From contig JAJTHL010000005.1 of the NCBI GenBank assembly GCA_021298595.1, forward strand, positions 5,651 through 69,650: 64,000 bases of DNA. The letters run 5' to 3'. The notes beneath the pieces are model-generated. The model made no database searches and had not been told where the DNA came from. It saw only the letters and a program-made list of their open reading frames with translations. Positions 47,541 through 57,393 of this stretch are shown in pieces. The stretch is from Alphaproteobacteria bacterium. GTDB taxonomy: Bacteria > Pseudomonadota > Alphaproteobacteria > Caedimonadales > UBA1908. Numbering within the stretch: the first letter of the stretch is position 1; the number at the start of each line of letters is the position of its first letter. Position numbers and translations under genes: made by a program.

Positions 47541-50093
47541 TTGGTACACTCCTTCTCAGGACTTTCGCCCGTGAGCATCTCTTTTTGGCAAGACTCTCTT
47601 GAGCGTCTTATGGCGACCCTCGAGACAAACACAAATGGCCTTTCTCACGCGCAGGTGATGCAAAAGCGTCAGGTCTTTGGGCACAACGTTATTTCCAAAA
47701 GCAAAAAAAAGCATCTATTGCTTCTTTTTCTTTCTAAATTCAAAAATCCTCTTGTCTTGATGCTGCTTGCAGCTGCAGCACTTTCCAGTTTTTTAGGAGA
47801 TAAAAGCTCCTTTTTCATTATCACAACCATCGTGCTCCTCAGTGTATTCCTTGATTTCTTTCAAGAACACAAAGCCAATGACGCAGCTGAAAAACTGCGC
47901 CGGTCTGTGGCTGATCGCACGCGCGTGGTCAGGGACGGCACGGAACATGACATTCTTGTAAGCGACCTTGTGCCCGGAGACGTCGTCCTTTTGTCAGCGG
48001 GCGACCTTGTCCCCGCCGACGGACGTCTTTTGTTTCAAGATAACCTTTACGTGAATCAGTCAATTTTAACGGGCGAGAGCTTTCCCGTTGAAAAGGAGGT
48101 TCGTGATTTGGGCAAGGATGCCAAAGACCTTGAAAGGGCGACCAATGCCGTTTTCATGGGGACGTCTGTCTTAACGGGGCAAGCAAAAATGCTTGTATGC
48201 GTCACGGGTGAGAAAACCCTTTTTGGCCACATTGCCTTGTCCTTGGGGGAAAAAAAACCCCAAACTCCCTTTGAACTTGGGACCAAAACTTTTGGATTTC
48301 TTCTCATGCGCCTTACGTTCCTGTTGGTGCTTTTTGTGATTATCATCAATTTTTTCTTTTTTAAGCCTTGGCTGGACACGGTGCTTTTTGCCCTTGCCCT
48401 TGCTGTGGGTATGACGCCTGAATTTTTACCCATGGTGATTTCAGTCACCTTAACGCGCGGGGCCTTGCGTCTTTCCCACAAAAAAGTCATCGTCAAGCGA
48501 CTTTCAGCCATCCATGACCTGGGCAGCATCGATATTTTGTGTACCGACAAGACCGGCACCCTAACCCAAGCCAAAATAGAGCTTGCCCAGCATCTGGGCT
48601 GCCAAGGCCAGACCTCTCCTACGGTTTTTCGCCTTGCCTATCTTAATAGCTTTTTTGAAACGGGCATCAAAAGCCCCCTTGATCAAGCGATTTTATCCCA
48701 TACGAAAGTCGATCTAGAGGGGTGGTCTAAGATCGATGAAATTCCCTATGATTTTGAAAGACGGCGCGTGTCTGTGCTGGTGGAAAAAGAAGGCGCGCGT
48801 CTTTTATGTGTGAAAGGCGCCCCTGAAGATGTGCTTGCCCTTTCAACACACTATGAAAGCGAGGAGGGCACCGCTCCTTTAACAGCTGAAAAACGCCGCG
48901 CGCTTCAAGAAATGTATAAACATCACTCACGCCAGGGTCTGCGCCTTTTAGGGGTTGCCTCGGCAAAGGTCTCTCACACCCAGGATAAAGCCCTTAAAAC
49001 CGATGAAGCAGATCTTGTGTTTGCAGGTTTTGCGCTCTTTTACGATCCTGTAAAAGAAGGGGTGAACATAACCGTAAGAAGCCTAACCCACGCCAAGGTC
49101 GACCTCAAAATCCTGACGGGCGACAACGAAGATGTGACACTTCACCTTTGCCAAAATCTTGACATTCCCGTGACAGGTGTCCTTCTTGGCTCTCAAATGA
49201 ACGAGATGAGTGATGAAGCTTTTTTTGCGCAGGTGACGCACTGCAACTTGTTTTGCCGTGTCACGCCCGCGCAAAAAAAACGCGTGATCGACGCGCTGCG
49301 AGAGCTGGGGCATGTCGTGGGCTATATGGGAGACGGAATCAATGACGCGCCGTCCTTGCAGCACGCAGATGTGGGTATTTCCGTTGATAACGCGGCAGAC
49401 GTTGCCAAAGAGGCCGCCGACTTGATTTTGCTCCGCCAAGACCTTGGTGCCGTTTATGACGGCATCCTTGAAGGCCGTAAAACCTTTGCCAACATCATGA
49501 AATATATTCGCATGGTTACAAGCTCTAACTTTGGCAATATGATCAGCATGGCAGGCGCCACCTTGTTTTTGCCCTTCTTGCCCATGCTGCCCGTGCAGAT
49601 TCTTCTTAACAACCTCATGTATGATTTATCAGAAATTGCCATTCCCCTCGATAATGTCGACCGCGATTTTCTGGAAAAACCGCGGCGCTGGAACCTGACA
49701 GCCGTCGTGCGCTTTATGCTTGTCATGGGGCCACTAAGCTCGCTTTTTGACGTCATGACCTTTGTGATCATGACCAAGGTGTTCAACGCGTCTGTCCCTC
49801 TTTTTCAAACGGCCTGGTTTGTTGAATCTTTGACAACTCAAATCCTGATTATTTTTGTGATCCGCACAAGGAGACCCTTTTTCCAAAGCAGACCCAACAG
49901 AACCCTGACCCTTATATCCTTGGGCCTTGTGATCACAGGGGCCCTCATTCCCTTTACCCCCTTTGGATCGTACTTTGGTTTCGTGCCGCTGCCCTTGAGT
50001 TTTTACGGGGTTTTGGGGGGCATCGTACTGGTTTATCTTTTCCTGGCAGAGCGGGCAAAAATGATCTTTTACCGCCGTTTTCCAGAGTACTAG
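47541..50093 (+). CDS. mgtA: Magnesium-translocating P-type ATPase
   Basis: TGES, DKTGTLT and MGDGINDAPSL motifs, collinear with MgtA (DLVPGDVVLLSAGDLVPADGRLL). The start (TTG 47541 or ATG 47610) is uncertain. Confidence 0.9.
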   Translation: MVHSFSGLSPVSISFWQDSLERLMATLETNTNGLSHAQVMQKRQVFGHNVISKSKKKHLLLLFLSKFKNPLVLMLLAAAALSSFLGDKSSFFIITTIVLLSVFLDFFQEHKANDAAEKLRRSVADRTRVVRDGTEHDILVSDLVPGDVVLLSAGDLVPADGRLLFQDNLYVNQSILTGESFPVEKEVRDLGKDAKDLERATNAVFMGTSVLTGQAKMLVCVTGEKTLFGHIALSLGEKKPQTPFELGTKTFGFLLMRLTFLLVLFVIIINFFFFKPWLDTVLFALALAVGMTPEFLPMVISVTLTRGALRLSHKKVIVKRLSAIHDLGSIDILCTDKTGTLTQAKIELAQHLGCQGQTSPTVFRLAYLNSFFETGIKSPLDQAILSHTKVDLEGWSKIDEIPYDFERRRVSVLVEKEGARLLCVKGAPEDVLALSTHYESEEGTAPLTAEKRRALQEMYKHHSRQGLRLLGVASAKVSHTQDKALKTDEADLVFAGFALFYDPVKEGVNITVRSLTHAKVDLKILTGDNEDVTLHLCQNLDIPVTGVLLGSQMNEMSDEAFFAQVTHCNLFCRVTPAQKKRVIDALRELGHVVGYMGDGINDAPSLQHADVGISVDNAADVAKEAADLILLRQDLGAVYDGILEGRKTFANIMKYIRMVTSSNFGNMISMAGATLFLPFLPMLPVQILLNNLMYDLSEIAIPLDNVDRDFLEKPRRWNLTAVVRFMLVMGPLSSLFDVMTFVIMTKVFNASVPLFQTAWFVESLTTQILIIFVIRTRRPFFQSRPNRTLTLISLGLVITGALIPFTPFGSYFGFVPLPLSFYGVLGGIVLVYLFLAERAKMIFYRRFPEY

Positions 50094-50097
50094 GGCG

Positions 50098-51090
50098 CTA
50101 AGACATCAAACCATCTAAGGTCACACAAGAAAATGTACCGTTATAAAGACGCCTAAACATCATAAAGCACGCGGGGTTTTGATACGCCTCGTCATGGGTC
50201 GCAAGATCAAAATCATTTCCCTGATTTTTATACATATAGCCGTTAAAAACACCCACAAGACGTCCTCTTGGATTGTGATAAAGATCGTAATCTATCATGA
50301 TGAGGCCCGCCCCTTTGGCGGACGCACTCTTTGGCGCTACGGCGGGTGGTTTTTTCAAAAAATGACTTTTTGATTTGTGTTTTTCCGGCAAAGGACAGAC
50401 TATTCCGCAAAACCAGGAATCAACAGACGCGCAAACCTCTTCAAAATGCGTGCCCTTGCGGGTATAAGAATTCTGATCTTCTTTTTCAAAAAACCCCATA
50501 ACTCCTTCAAAGTAATCCGCACAAAAAAAAGGATAAATCGGTAGGGGATGATAGGTTGTATCCTTTGGCGCGCCTAAAACAACCACGGCGTAATCGGAGA
50601 CGGCTTCATCGTGGGTGTGTTCAAACTTTCCCTTGGCATAATAAGGGTTCAAGCGAATTTGCGAAATTTTGTCCACCATTTTAAGCGCTTCTTTTGTAAG
50701 TGGCGTCTTAAGCCTTGCGTCAAAGGAGACGTACCAGTGTTCAGGCGCCAACATCACTTGTTGGTCAGGCGCGTGCCGCGAGGTCTTCCAATAGTCGTAA
50801 AAACCAGACGCACAGGTCAGCACATGGTTTCTGGGAAATCTTGCGTCATCAAGATATTGGTCATAGCTGAGGCATTCGGGATACTCACCCGACTTCAAAG
50901 TACTTAGCGTGCCTGAAAACGCGGTGATGACCTCCAACTGTTCATTGGTTTGAAAGATAAGGCAGGCTTCTTTAAATTGGTGATTTTGGCCGTAGACTGT
51001 TGCTTCTAAATCAACATCAGAACGGCTCGCCCAAAGACTACTTCCCATCCCCAACGTAATGCACACCAAGACGCGCACCCAACTAGCCAT
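50098..51090 (-). CDS. Hypothetical secreted protein (possible trypsin-fold remnant without a catalytic Ser)
   Basis: AGAAGAGG RBS. Signal peptide ending in LWA. Spacing of LAPEHW (H118), DYAVVVL (D166), KGAGLI (about 260) and RLVGVFNGY resembles His/Asp/Ser-box/GxxGxxS spacing of S1 proteases. Confidence 0.55.
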   Translation of the reverse strand: MASWVRVLVCITLGMGSSLWASRSDVDLEATVYGQNHQFKEACLIFQTNEQLEVITAFSGTLSTLKSGEYPECLSYDQYLDDARFPRNHVLTCASGFYDYWKTSRHAPDQQVMLAPEHWYVSFDARLKTPLTKEALKMVDKISQIRLNPYYAKGKFEHTHDEAVSDYAVVVLGAPKDTTYHPLPIYPFFCADYFEGVMGFFEKEDQNSYTRKGTHFEEVCASVDSWFCGIVCPLPEKHKSKSHFLKKPPAVAPKSASAKGAGLIMIDYDLYHNPRGRLVGVFNGYMYKNQGNDFDLATHDEAYQNPACFMMFRRLYNGTFSCVTLDGLMS

Positions 51091-51238
51091 TCATACCTCT
51101 TCTTTAAAAATGCCCAGAGCTCGGTAGCACCCCTCGTTTTCTCTGTCAATCTGCTTTTCTTTAATGTAATGACACTTAATATATGAGAGACATAGAAATT
51201 AATTCTTCTAAATCAATATAATGACAGTTTTTTATTGA

Positions 51239-51613
51239 CACTATTTTTTAGAAGATGATAGACAAGAGCAGTTTTTAAACAGTAGAAAAGGATATACGAT
51301 TTTTTTTCTTTGGGGATGGGGCACAAAACAAATAGACGAGTACGCCATCAATTGTGAATGTAGTCACTGCGAAAGCCCCTACCTTTCCGTTGTCGGGTTT
51401 CAAAAGTTTATCGATATTTTCTTTATTCCCACCATTCCCCTTGGCAAGCAAAAACTGCTTTTTTGCCCCCAATGCCAGACGCAATATCAACTGGCTATGC
51501 CTTTTGATACAACAGAGTTACCGCCCCTTAAAACACCGATCTGGGGATTTTCGGGCTTGATGGTTATCGGGATCTTGATGCTTTCTGCTTTTCTTATGGC
51601 AGCTTCTAGATAA
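51239..51613 (+). CDS. Unlisted open frame: zinc-ribbon (CxCxxC...CPxC) + C-terminal TM protein with no ATG/GTG/TTG start
   Basis: I translated 124 stop-free codons by hand: ...INCECSHCESPY..FFIPTIPLGKQKLLFCPQCQTQY..IWGFSGLMVIGILMLSAFLMAA. AAAGGA lies 6 nt upstream of the in-frame ATT at 51299. A T8 tract spans 51300-51307. Confidence 0.35.
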   Translation, partial: HYFLEDDRQEQFLNSRKGYTIFFLWGWGTKQIDEYAINCECSHCESPYLSVVGFQKFIDIFFIPTIPLGKQKLLFCPQCQTQYQLAMPFDTTELPPLKTPIWGFSGLMVIGILMLSAFLMAASR

Positions 51614-51647
51614 GAGATTTTTAGGTCGACTGGAGGGTTCAAAAAAG

Positions 51648-51723
51648 TGGTGCCGGATGAGGGATTCGAACCCCCGACCTACTGATTACAAATCAGTTGC
51701 TCTACCAGCTGAGCTAATCCGGC
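51648..51723 (-). tRNA. tRNA-Thr (anticodon TGT)
   Basis: The reverse complement folds as GCCGGAT-TA-GCTC/GAGC, with anticodon stem ACTGA/TCAGT, loop TTTGTAA, T-loop TTCGAAT and an encoded CCA. 76 nt. Confidence 0.9.
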
Positions 51724-51785
51724 TTTTTTAGTGCCTCAGATTTACCATGACACTTTCCCCATTGCAAGGGACAAATGAGGGGTCT

Positions 51786-52658
51786 TTACCAATTAAATTG
51801 GGGCAGCACAAAGGTGGGGGCGATCCCTTTTTGGGCAAACCGCGTGGCAAGCCTGTCCTCGGGTGCTGTGTCCCCTGGGCGTACACCCAGAGCGCTTCCC
51901 TCAAGGCCGCTCATGACCAAAATGGTGTCGATGCCAAAGTGAGTGCCGCCTTGTACGTCTGTGTTCAGGGAATCACCCGTGGCAATCATGCGACTTTTAT
52001 CGGGCTTTCCTAAGATTTCCCAAAGACGCGTATAGATGGCCTCAAAGGGTTTTCCGTGATAACTCACGCGTCCCCCAAGCTCTTTGTAGCGCGCTGCAAG
52101 AGATCCTGCACAGAGAATCTCAACACCCCGCGTAATCACGCTCATGTCAGGGTTCACACAGATCATGGGCAAATCAAGGGTCATGCACTGGGCAAGGAGC
52201 GCTTCATGATCCTCAATCACAAGGGGGTAAGGACCTGTGTTTAAAAGAAAATCAGCTTCTTTCACGTCATAGGTCACCTGAGAGCCAAGATCATCCAAAA
52301 GATCCGCGTGGGCGGCCGCCGCCAAGGGATAACACATCTTGCCGCGGTGTTCTTGGGTTAGGGCGTTATAAGCGTCTTCGCCCGATGAATACACACGTTC
52401 ATAAAACGTGCGCGGAATCCCTAAATCAGATAATTGCTTTTCAAGGCTGAAATATCGGCGCGGTGAGTTGGAAAGAAAAACAACAGTCTTGCCTTGGGCT
52501 TGCAGGCGTGCGAGCGCCTCACCCACACCCTCAAAGGTTTGGTGGCCATCATGAATGACCCCCCACAAATCCACAATGAATGTGTCATAGCTGGACGCAA
52601 GTGCCCCTAGACCATCAAGGCATTGAAAGGAGAGTTCTTTTGAGGCGACTTTTTCCAT
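51786..52658 (-). CDS. HAD-superfamily class IIA hydrolase (TIGR01459-like)
   Basis: Motif I FIVDLWGVIHDG, followed by VVFLSNSPRR and GDSLNTD. Confidence 0.8.
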   Translation of the reverse strand: MEKVASKELSFQCLDGLGALASSYDTFIVDLWGVIHDGHQTFEGVGEALARLQAQGKTVVFLSNSPRRYFSLEKQLSDLGIPRTFYERVYSSGEDAYNALTQEHRGKMCYPLAAAAHADLLDDLGSQVTYDVKEADFLLNTGPYPLVIEDHEALLAQCMTLDLPMICVNPDMSVITRGVEILCAGSLAARYKELGGRVSYHGKPFEAIYTRLWEILGKPDKSRMIATGDSLNTDVQGGTHFGIDTILVMSGLEGSALGVRPGDTAPEDRLATRFAQKGIAPTFVLPQFNW

Positions 52659-52731
52659 GGGATCACTCTTTGGGTTTGATCATTTCACCTAAACACTTCT
52701 CTCAAGCGCCTGTCAAGAAAAGGGGGGACAA

Positions 52732-53211
52732 TTACTGATTTTCCCGCCAAGAGCGCCCCTCAATCAGAAGATCTTTCACCCTTGCGTTTCCTTCCTCGTC
52801 CACCGTCACCACAAGGGACGCCTTACCCCCCCTTGTTTTCTCATCAAGAAACGTTGCTTTGGTTTCAGGGATATAGAACCGTTCGATCCCTGCCGTAAAC
52901 GTGCCTGCCTTACAGGTGCCTTTAATCATTTGGGGGCACCGCTCGGGCTTTTTTTGCGTCGCCGTTTTCGTCTCAAGACACACGTACCAAACTTCATTTT
53001 TTTTACTTCTTTGACAAGGGATTGCAGCGCCGTAATCAACCTTGTAAGTCACGTAATGTCCCGACAGAAAGTCCCTGGGATCGTACCCAGCGATAGGCAG
53101 AGTGATTTCAACGCCGCTTCCTTGCCTTAGATGATGACGCCCGGCAAGGGACATCAATATTACCACAGGCACGACCAAGGAAAGAATCATCAAGCTTTGT
53201 CTTTTTGTCAT
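52732..53211 (-). CDS. GDYXXLXY-domain membrane-anchored protein
   Basis: N-terminal TM helix. GYDPRDFLSGHYVTYKVDY matches the DPRDLLRGDYxxLxY family motif, with H in place of D. Confidence 0.7.
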   Translation of the reverse strand: MTKRQSLMILSLVVPVVILMSLAGRHHLRQGSGVEITLPIAGYDPRDFLSGHYVTYKVDYGAAIPCQRSKKNEVWYVCLETKTATQKKPERCPQMIKGTCKAGTFTAGIERFYIPETKATFLDEKTRGGKASLVVTVDEEGNARVKDLLIEGRSWRENQ

Positions 53212-54362
53212 GATGAGATCTCCTTCATTGTCACAAATAATCTGTCTTTATGCTTCTTCCACAAAAGCACCATGGCCACGATGAAAAGACCCGTCAAAAT
53301 GAGGCTGAGCCCCATGGTCTCAAGACCTGACACGAGACTTATGTAAAAAAGAACAAGACGCAGCCCTGCCAACAGAATCACGGTTTGGAACAGGAATTTC
53401 GAGCCCGTACTGGCCAAAAAAATGGCCATACTCATCAAAAAACCCAGACCCAAAATCAAGATCATCACGCGCCAAAAAATGTCCCCATGTTGCAAAAGAG
53501 AACACTCTACTGTGACCATGAAAAAGGCAATCCCAGCAAAAAGCCAAGCTTTTTGCCCTTTTTGATAAAGGGGATGCACCAAGATCAGGAGGCCCAAAGT
53601 GCCCGCAAGACCAAAGCGAATGAGAGGAACACCCTTAACAGTATGTGAAAAAATCCCTTCCATGTATAAAATGATTTCGCACCCCATGGAAATTATCAGC
53701 GCCCCTAACAAGAATGCCCGTGTCAAAGGAAGGTTTTTGCAGAACATTTGTAATGAAAATCCAACGATGGCAAGGACGAAGGGAAGACTGATGCCAAAGG
53801 TGGCCCATCCCAACGATTTTTGAAAGGGTGTGTTATAGTAAAGGCTTGTCGCCGCAAGGGAAAGGGCTCCCACCCAAAAAAGAGGTATCACAAGGGTGCG
53901 CGTTAAACACGCAACACCGAGCGTTAGCCCTGTCCACAAGAAAAGAGGTTGATATAAATCTCCACTTAGGTGATAGATCTGCGAGATAAGCCCGATGGAG
54001 GCGATGCACCACAAGAAGAAAAGAAAAAGGGCGCCTTCACTTAGCAGCTTTTTCTTTTTTATATCTGCCCAATAGGCCGTGCCCCCCACAACGCTAAGGC
54101 CAAGAAAATTAACGCTTAGCTTCACGCCGTCTGCAATATGTGCCCAGTTGGCGGCAATGGTGGCGATAATCCCCAGCGCAACACTCCCAACGCCAAGGGT
54201 CACCAAACCATATAGCATCCATTGGGGTTTTTGGGCTGTTTTTTCATACGCAAGAATGCGCTCGTACACGCCTTCATCAAGGAAGCCCGCGTCTTTCCAT
54301 TCACTTAGTTTTTTAAGGTGATTCGCCAAGATGCATTCCTTAAACGTATTCAGAATTCCCAA
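53208..54362 (-). CDS. DUF2157-type polytopic membrane protein
   Basis: A soluble N-terminal helix pair followed by about 10 TM segments. 4-nt overlap with the GDYXXLXY gene, which is the usual partner arrangement. Confidence 0.6.
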   Translation of the reverse strand: MGILNTFKECILANHLKKLSEWKDAGFLDEGVYERILAYEKTAQKPQWMLYGLVTLGVGSVALGIIATIAANWAHIADGVKLSVNFLGLSVVGGTAYWADIKKKKLLSEGALFLFFLWCIASIGLISQIYHLSGDLYQPLFLWTGLTLGVACLTRTLVIPLFWVGALSLAATSLYYNTPFQKSLGWATFGISLPFVLAIVGFSLQMFCKNLPLTRAFLLGALIISMGCEIILYMEGIFSHTVKGVPLIRFGLAGTLGLLILVHPLYQKGQKAWLFAGIAFFMVTVECSLLQHGDIFWRVMILILGLGFLMSMAIFLASTGSKFLFQTVILLAGLRLVLFYISLVSGLETMGLSLILTGLFIVAMVLLWKKHKDRLFVTMKEISS

Positions 54363-56534
54363 TTATAAAAAGGAATAAGGATCCACGTCAATTTGTATCC
54401 GTACTTTGGACGGGTGAGGCTCTTTTAAGATTTTTTCTAAGATTCCTTGCAACTTATGGGATTTTTCAGCCTTCACAAGAAGACGCCAGCGGAACTGTCC
54501 GCCCACCCGTGACAAGGGCGCGGGGCAAGGTCCCAAAATGACAACGTTTTGGATGCGCGCCAGTTTTGCCCCAACCATGCTCGCTGTTTGAGAGATAAGC
54601 CCCTCATCGGATCCTGAGAAAATCACCCCCACAAGCCTTGAAAAGGGCGGCATCTGAAACTGGCGCCGCGCCTCGATTTCCGCGTCCATGAAGGCTGCTC
54701 TGTCGCCGCTTGAAAGGGCCTGCATCACGGGATGATCGGGCGCGTAGGTTTGAATCATCACGTGCCCTTGTACCTCTTCCCGACCGCAGCGCCCCGCAAC
54801 CTGGTGAAGAAGCTGATAGGTCCGTTCGCCTGCTCGCAAATCCCCCCCGCAAAGTCCCAAATCGCCGTCCACAACGCCTACAAAGGTAAGACCCGGAAAG
54901 TGATGCCCCTTGGCAATCATCTGGGTTCCAATAAGGATATCAATCTCGCCCTCTTCCATGGCACGCAGCTGATGGGCGCGCTCTTTGACGGACCCCTGAT
55001 CACTGGTAATCACCCCCACGCGCGCTAAAGGAAAAAGACGCGTGATTTCTTCTTTAAGCCTCTCGACCCCAGGCCCGCACGCCACAAGGCAGTCTTCCCC
55101 CCCGCAACCGGGGCACTGTGTCATGGTAGGTTTTGTGTGTCCGCACTGGTGGCACATAAGAATCCCTTTGGTGCGGTGCTCCACAAGGAAACTCGCGCAA
55201 GACGGGCATTCAAGACGTTCGCCGCACCGGCGACACAAAGTCAAAGGCGCGTAGCCCCTGCGGTTTAGAAATAAAAGACTTTGTTGTCCTGCCTCTAGGA
55301 CTTCTTGGAGCTTTTGATGAAGGGCATCCCCAATCCACCGTTTCCCGCCTGCTGGGGGGGACTCTTTTCGTCTGTCCACAAGGGTAATCAGGGGAAGGGT
55401 TGCATCGGCGTATCTTTGTGTTAGCTGAATCTCTTGATATTTTCCTTGGGCCACGTTCACAAGGCTTTCCACACTGGGGGTAGCCGAGGCTAAAATCACG
55501 GGGATTTTCTCAAGATGGGCGCGCACCACCGCCATATCGCGCGCGTGATACATGACCCCTTGCTCTTGCTTATAGGCATGCTCGTGCTCTTCATCCACCA
55601 CCACAAGACCCAAGCGCGAAAATGGCAAAAATAGGGCAGACCTTGCCCCAATGACCACGCAAGGCGAACCTTTGATGACTTTTTGCCAGATAACGGCCTT
55701 GGTTCCTTCTGAAACACCCGAATGCCACAAAAGCGGTTTTTGGCCAAAACGACGCTCGAAACGGGCAAGCCCTTGGGGAGTAAGCGAAATTTCAGGCAGC
55801 AAAATAAGGACTTGTCTTTGAAGGCGCAGCGCCTCAAAGACGGCCTCTTGGTAGACTTCTGTTTTGCCAGATCCCGTCACACCGTCCAAAAGCGTCACTT
55901 GAAAGGCGCGTTGTCGCACGGATTCTTGCAGCCTTTGAACGGCGCGCCCTTGCTCGTCGTTAAAGGTAAGAAGTCCCTCTTCAATACAAATCGGCGCCTC
56001 CTCGCGCGTCGCTGGTACTTTTTCAATCATGCCTTCCTTTTCAAGGGTCTTTAGAGTCGTAGTGCTCACCCCAAGGCGACTTGCAAGCTGCGTAAGATTT
56101 TCTGCCATCACCCCTTTTTCTAAAGAGGTTTTGATCTGGCGGCGCAGGCGCGTCAGGGGTTTTCGATCCTCACTCGCCCATCGCCACACATAGGTTTCGA
56201 TCCGTTCCTCCAAAAACGAAAGCTGCGGGACGATCATCTTGAGGACAAGACCCAGGGGCGTTACCGTATAGTCTGAAACCCACCTCGCGAACGAGAGTGT
56301 TTGACCTGGAAGCGCCGGCGCGTCCAAACAGGCACTGACCTCCTTTAAGGTAAAGTCGTTGTTATGTGTTTCTTTGGAACGTTTCTGCCAGATAAGGCCA
56401 ATTTTTTCCTTGGTGCCAAAGGGAACTTTGACAAACTGCCCTGCCTCTAGAAAAGATAAGCTTTTAGGCACGCCGTATGTATAAGCCTGGGTCAACCTTT
56501 GCGGCAATACAACGTCAACAAGATCCATGGGCAC
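54363..56534 (-). CDS. priA: Primosomal replication-restart helicase PriA
   Basis: Walker A GVTGSGKTEVY, DEEH, and Cys-rich zinc-binding insertions (CRRCGERLECPSC..CHQCGH..CPGCG). Confidence 0.92.
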   Translation of the reverse strand: MPMDLVDVVLPQRLTQAYTYGVPKSLSFLEAGQFVKVPFGTKEKIGLIWQKRSKETHNNDFTLKEVSACLDAPALPGQTLSFARWVSDYTVTPLGLVLKMIVPQLSFLEERIETYVWRWASEDRKPLTRLRRQIKTSLEKGVMAENLTQLASRLGVSTTTLKTLEKEGMIEKVPATREEAPICIEEGLLTFNDEQGRAVQRLQESVRQRAFQVTLLDGVTGSGKTEVYQEAVFEALRLQRQVLILLPEISLTPQGLARFERRFGQKPLLWHSGVSEGTKAVIWQKVIKGSPCVVIGARSALFLPFSRLGLVVVDEEHEHAYKQEQGVMYHARDMAVVRAHLEKIPVILASATPSVESLVNVAQGKYQEIQLTQRYADATLPLITLVDRRKESPPAGGKRWIGDALHQKLQEVLEAGQQSLLFLNRRGYAPLTLCRRCGERLECPSCASFLVEHRTKGILMCHQCGHTKPTMTQCPGCGGEDCLVACGPGVERLKEEITRLFPLARVGVITSDQGSVKERAHQLRAMEEGEIDILIGTQMIAKGHHFPGLTFVGVVDGDLGLCGGDLRAGERTYQLLHQVAGRCGREEVQGHVMIQTYAPDHPVMQALSSGDRAAFMDAEIEARRQFQMPPFSRLVGVIFSGSDEGLISQTASMVGAKLARIQNVVILGPCPAPLSRVGGQFRWRLLVKAEKSHKLQGILEKILKEPHPSKVRIQIDVDPYSFL

Positions 56535-56589
56535 ACCTCATTTAGCTACGGTGCACCATAGCGTTTTCCCTTGCCATCGTCACGGGGGT

Positions 56590-57393
56590 TTAGTCTCCCC
56601 AAGAAAAGTCAGGAGGGGGTTCGCCTGATGACATCACGGGCATCTCTTCACCTTCCAGGGGTGCTTTTTGTCGCTTGAGCAAATTAACTTGATTTATATA
56701 TGCTGGACAAGAAAAGCCAGCGTAATGACCTAAAAGATCATTGCGCGTTTTATGAACCAAGAGATGTCTGTGGGGATGTTCTTTGTGGGTGATATAGTCT
56801 TTTTCCACAAAAACTAAATCTTGGGCATCATTGATGCGCTCGCTTTCGCTAAGGGCACCTATGGCACTTCCTTGGCTGTAAAGCACAACACTAAAGGGGT
56901 TACTGGGTGGGGGGGATATAATGGCGCCATCTTTTTGAATGACTAAGGGCCCTTCCTCCACCTTGCAAATGGCTTCTGTCTTATCCTCGTTCACCGCATC
57001 AAGGCGTTCTGTCATTTGGGGGTGAACCCCGTATCGCATCACTTTTCCCCACCCGTCTTGGGCAATTTTTGATGTAAGTCCCAAAGTTTCAAAGGGAACG
57101 TACCCCACAGCCTCGCTGGGGTTTTTACATGTCTTTTTGGCATATCCCTTAAGATCTTGACTGGGACACGGAAGTTTTCCTTGGGATAAAAGATAATTCG
57201 CAAGACTTTTTAATAAGAATGTTTGATGATCTCTTGTGACTTTTTGTTGCACGGCACTCACGCGTGCGCCCATAAGGGATAGACCTGAGGCGGCAACGAT
57301 TCCCATAACGGCCAATGCAACCGATAACTCTAAAAGAGAAAATCCCGCATCGTCACCGAGAAAACGTTTTACATTTGAAAGTATAAAACGCAC
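56590..57393 (-). CDS. Prepilin-type N-terminal cleavage/methylation domain protein (minor pilin/pseudopilin-like)
   Basis: Leader MRFILSNVKRFLGDDAG followed by FSLLELSVALAVMGIVAA, with G-1, F+1 and E+5. Confidence 0.75.
   Translation of the reverse strand: MRFILSNVKRFLGDDAGFSLLELSVALAVMGIVAASGLSLMGARVSAVQQKVTRDHQTFLLKSLANYLLSQGKLPCPSQDLKGYAKKTCKNPSEAVGYVPFETLGLTSKIAQDGWGKVMRYGVHPQMTERLDAVNEDKTEAICKVEEGPLVIQKDGAIISPPPSNPFSVVLYSQGSAIGALSESERINDAQDLVFVEKDYITHKEHPHRHLLVHKTRNDLLGHYAGFSCPAYINQVNLLKRQKAPLEGEEMPVMSSGEPPPDFSWGD

Noticed and set aside
44522-51647. Possible genomic island integrated at the 3' end of tRNA-Thr, covering the LuxI-like ORF, LysR, MFS, mgtA, the orphan secreted protein and the zinc-ribbon ORF.
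   Set aside because: I found no integrase or recombinase gene. I also found no direct repeat of the tRNA 3' end (GGTTCGAATCCCTCATCCGGCACCA or its complement) on scanning the region by eye. mgtA and the MFS gene are ordinary chromosomal genes.
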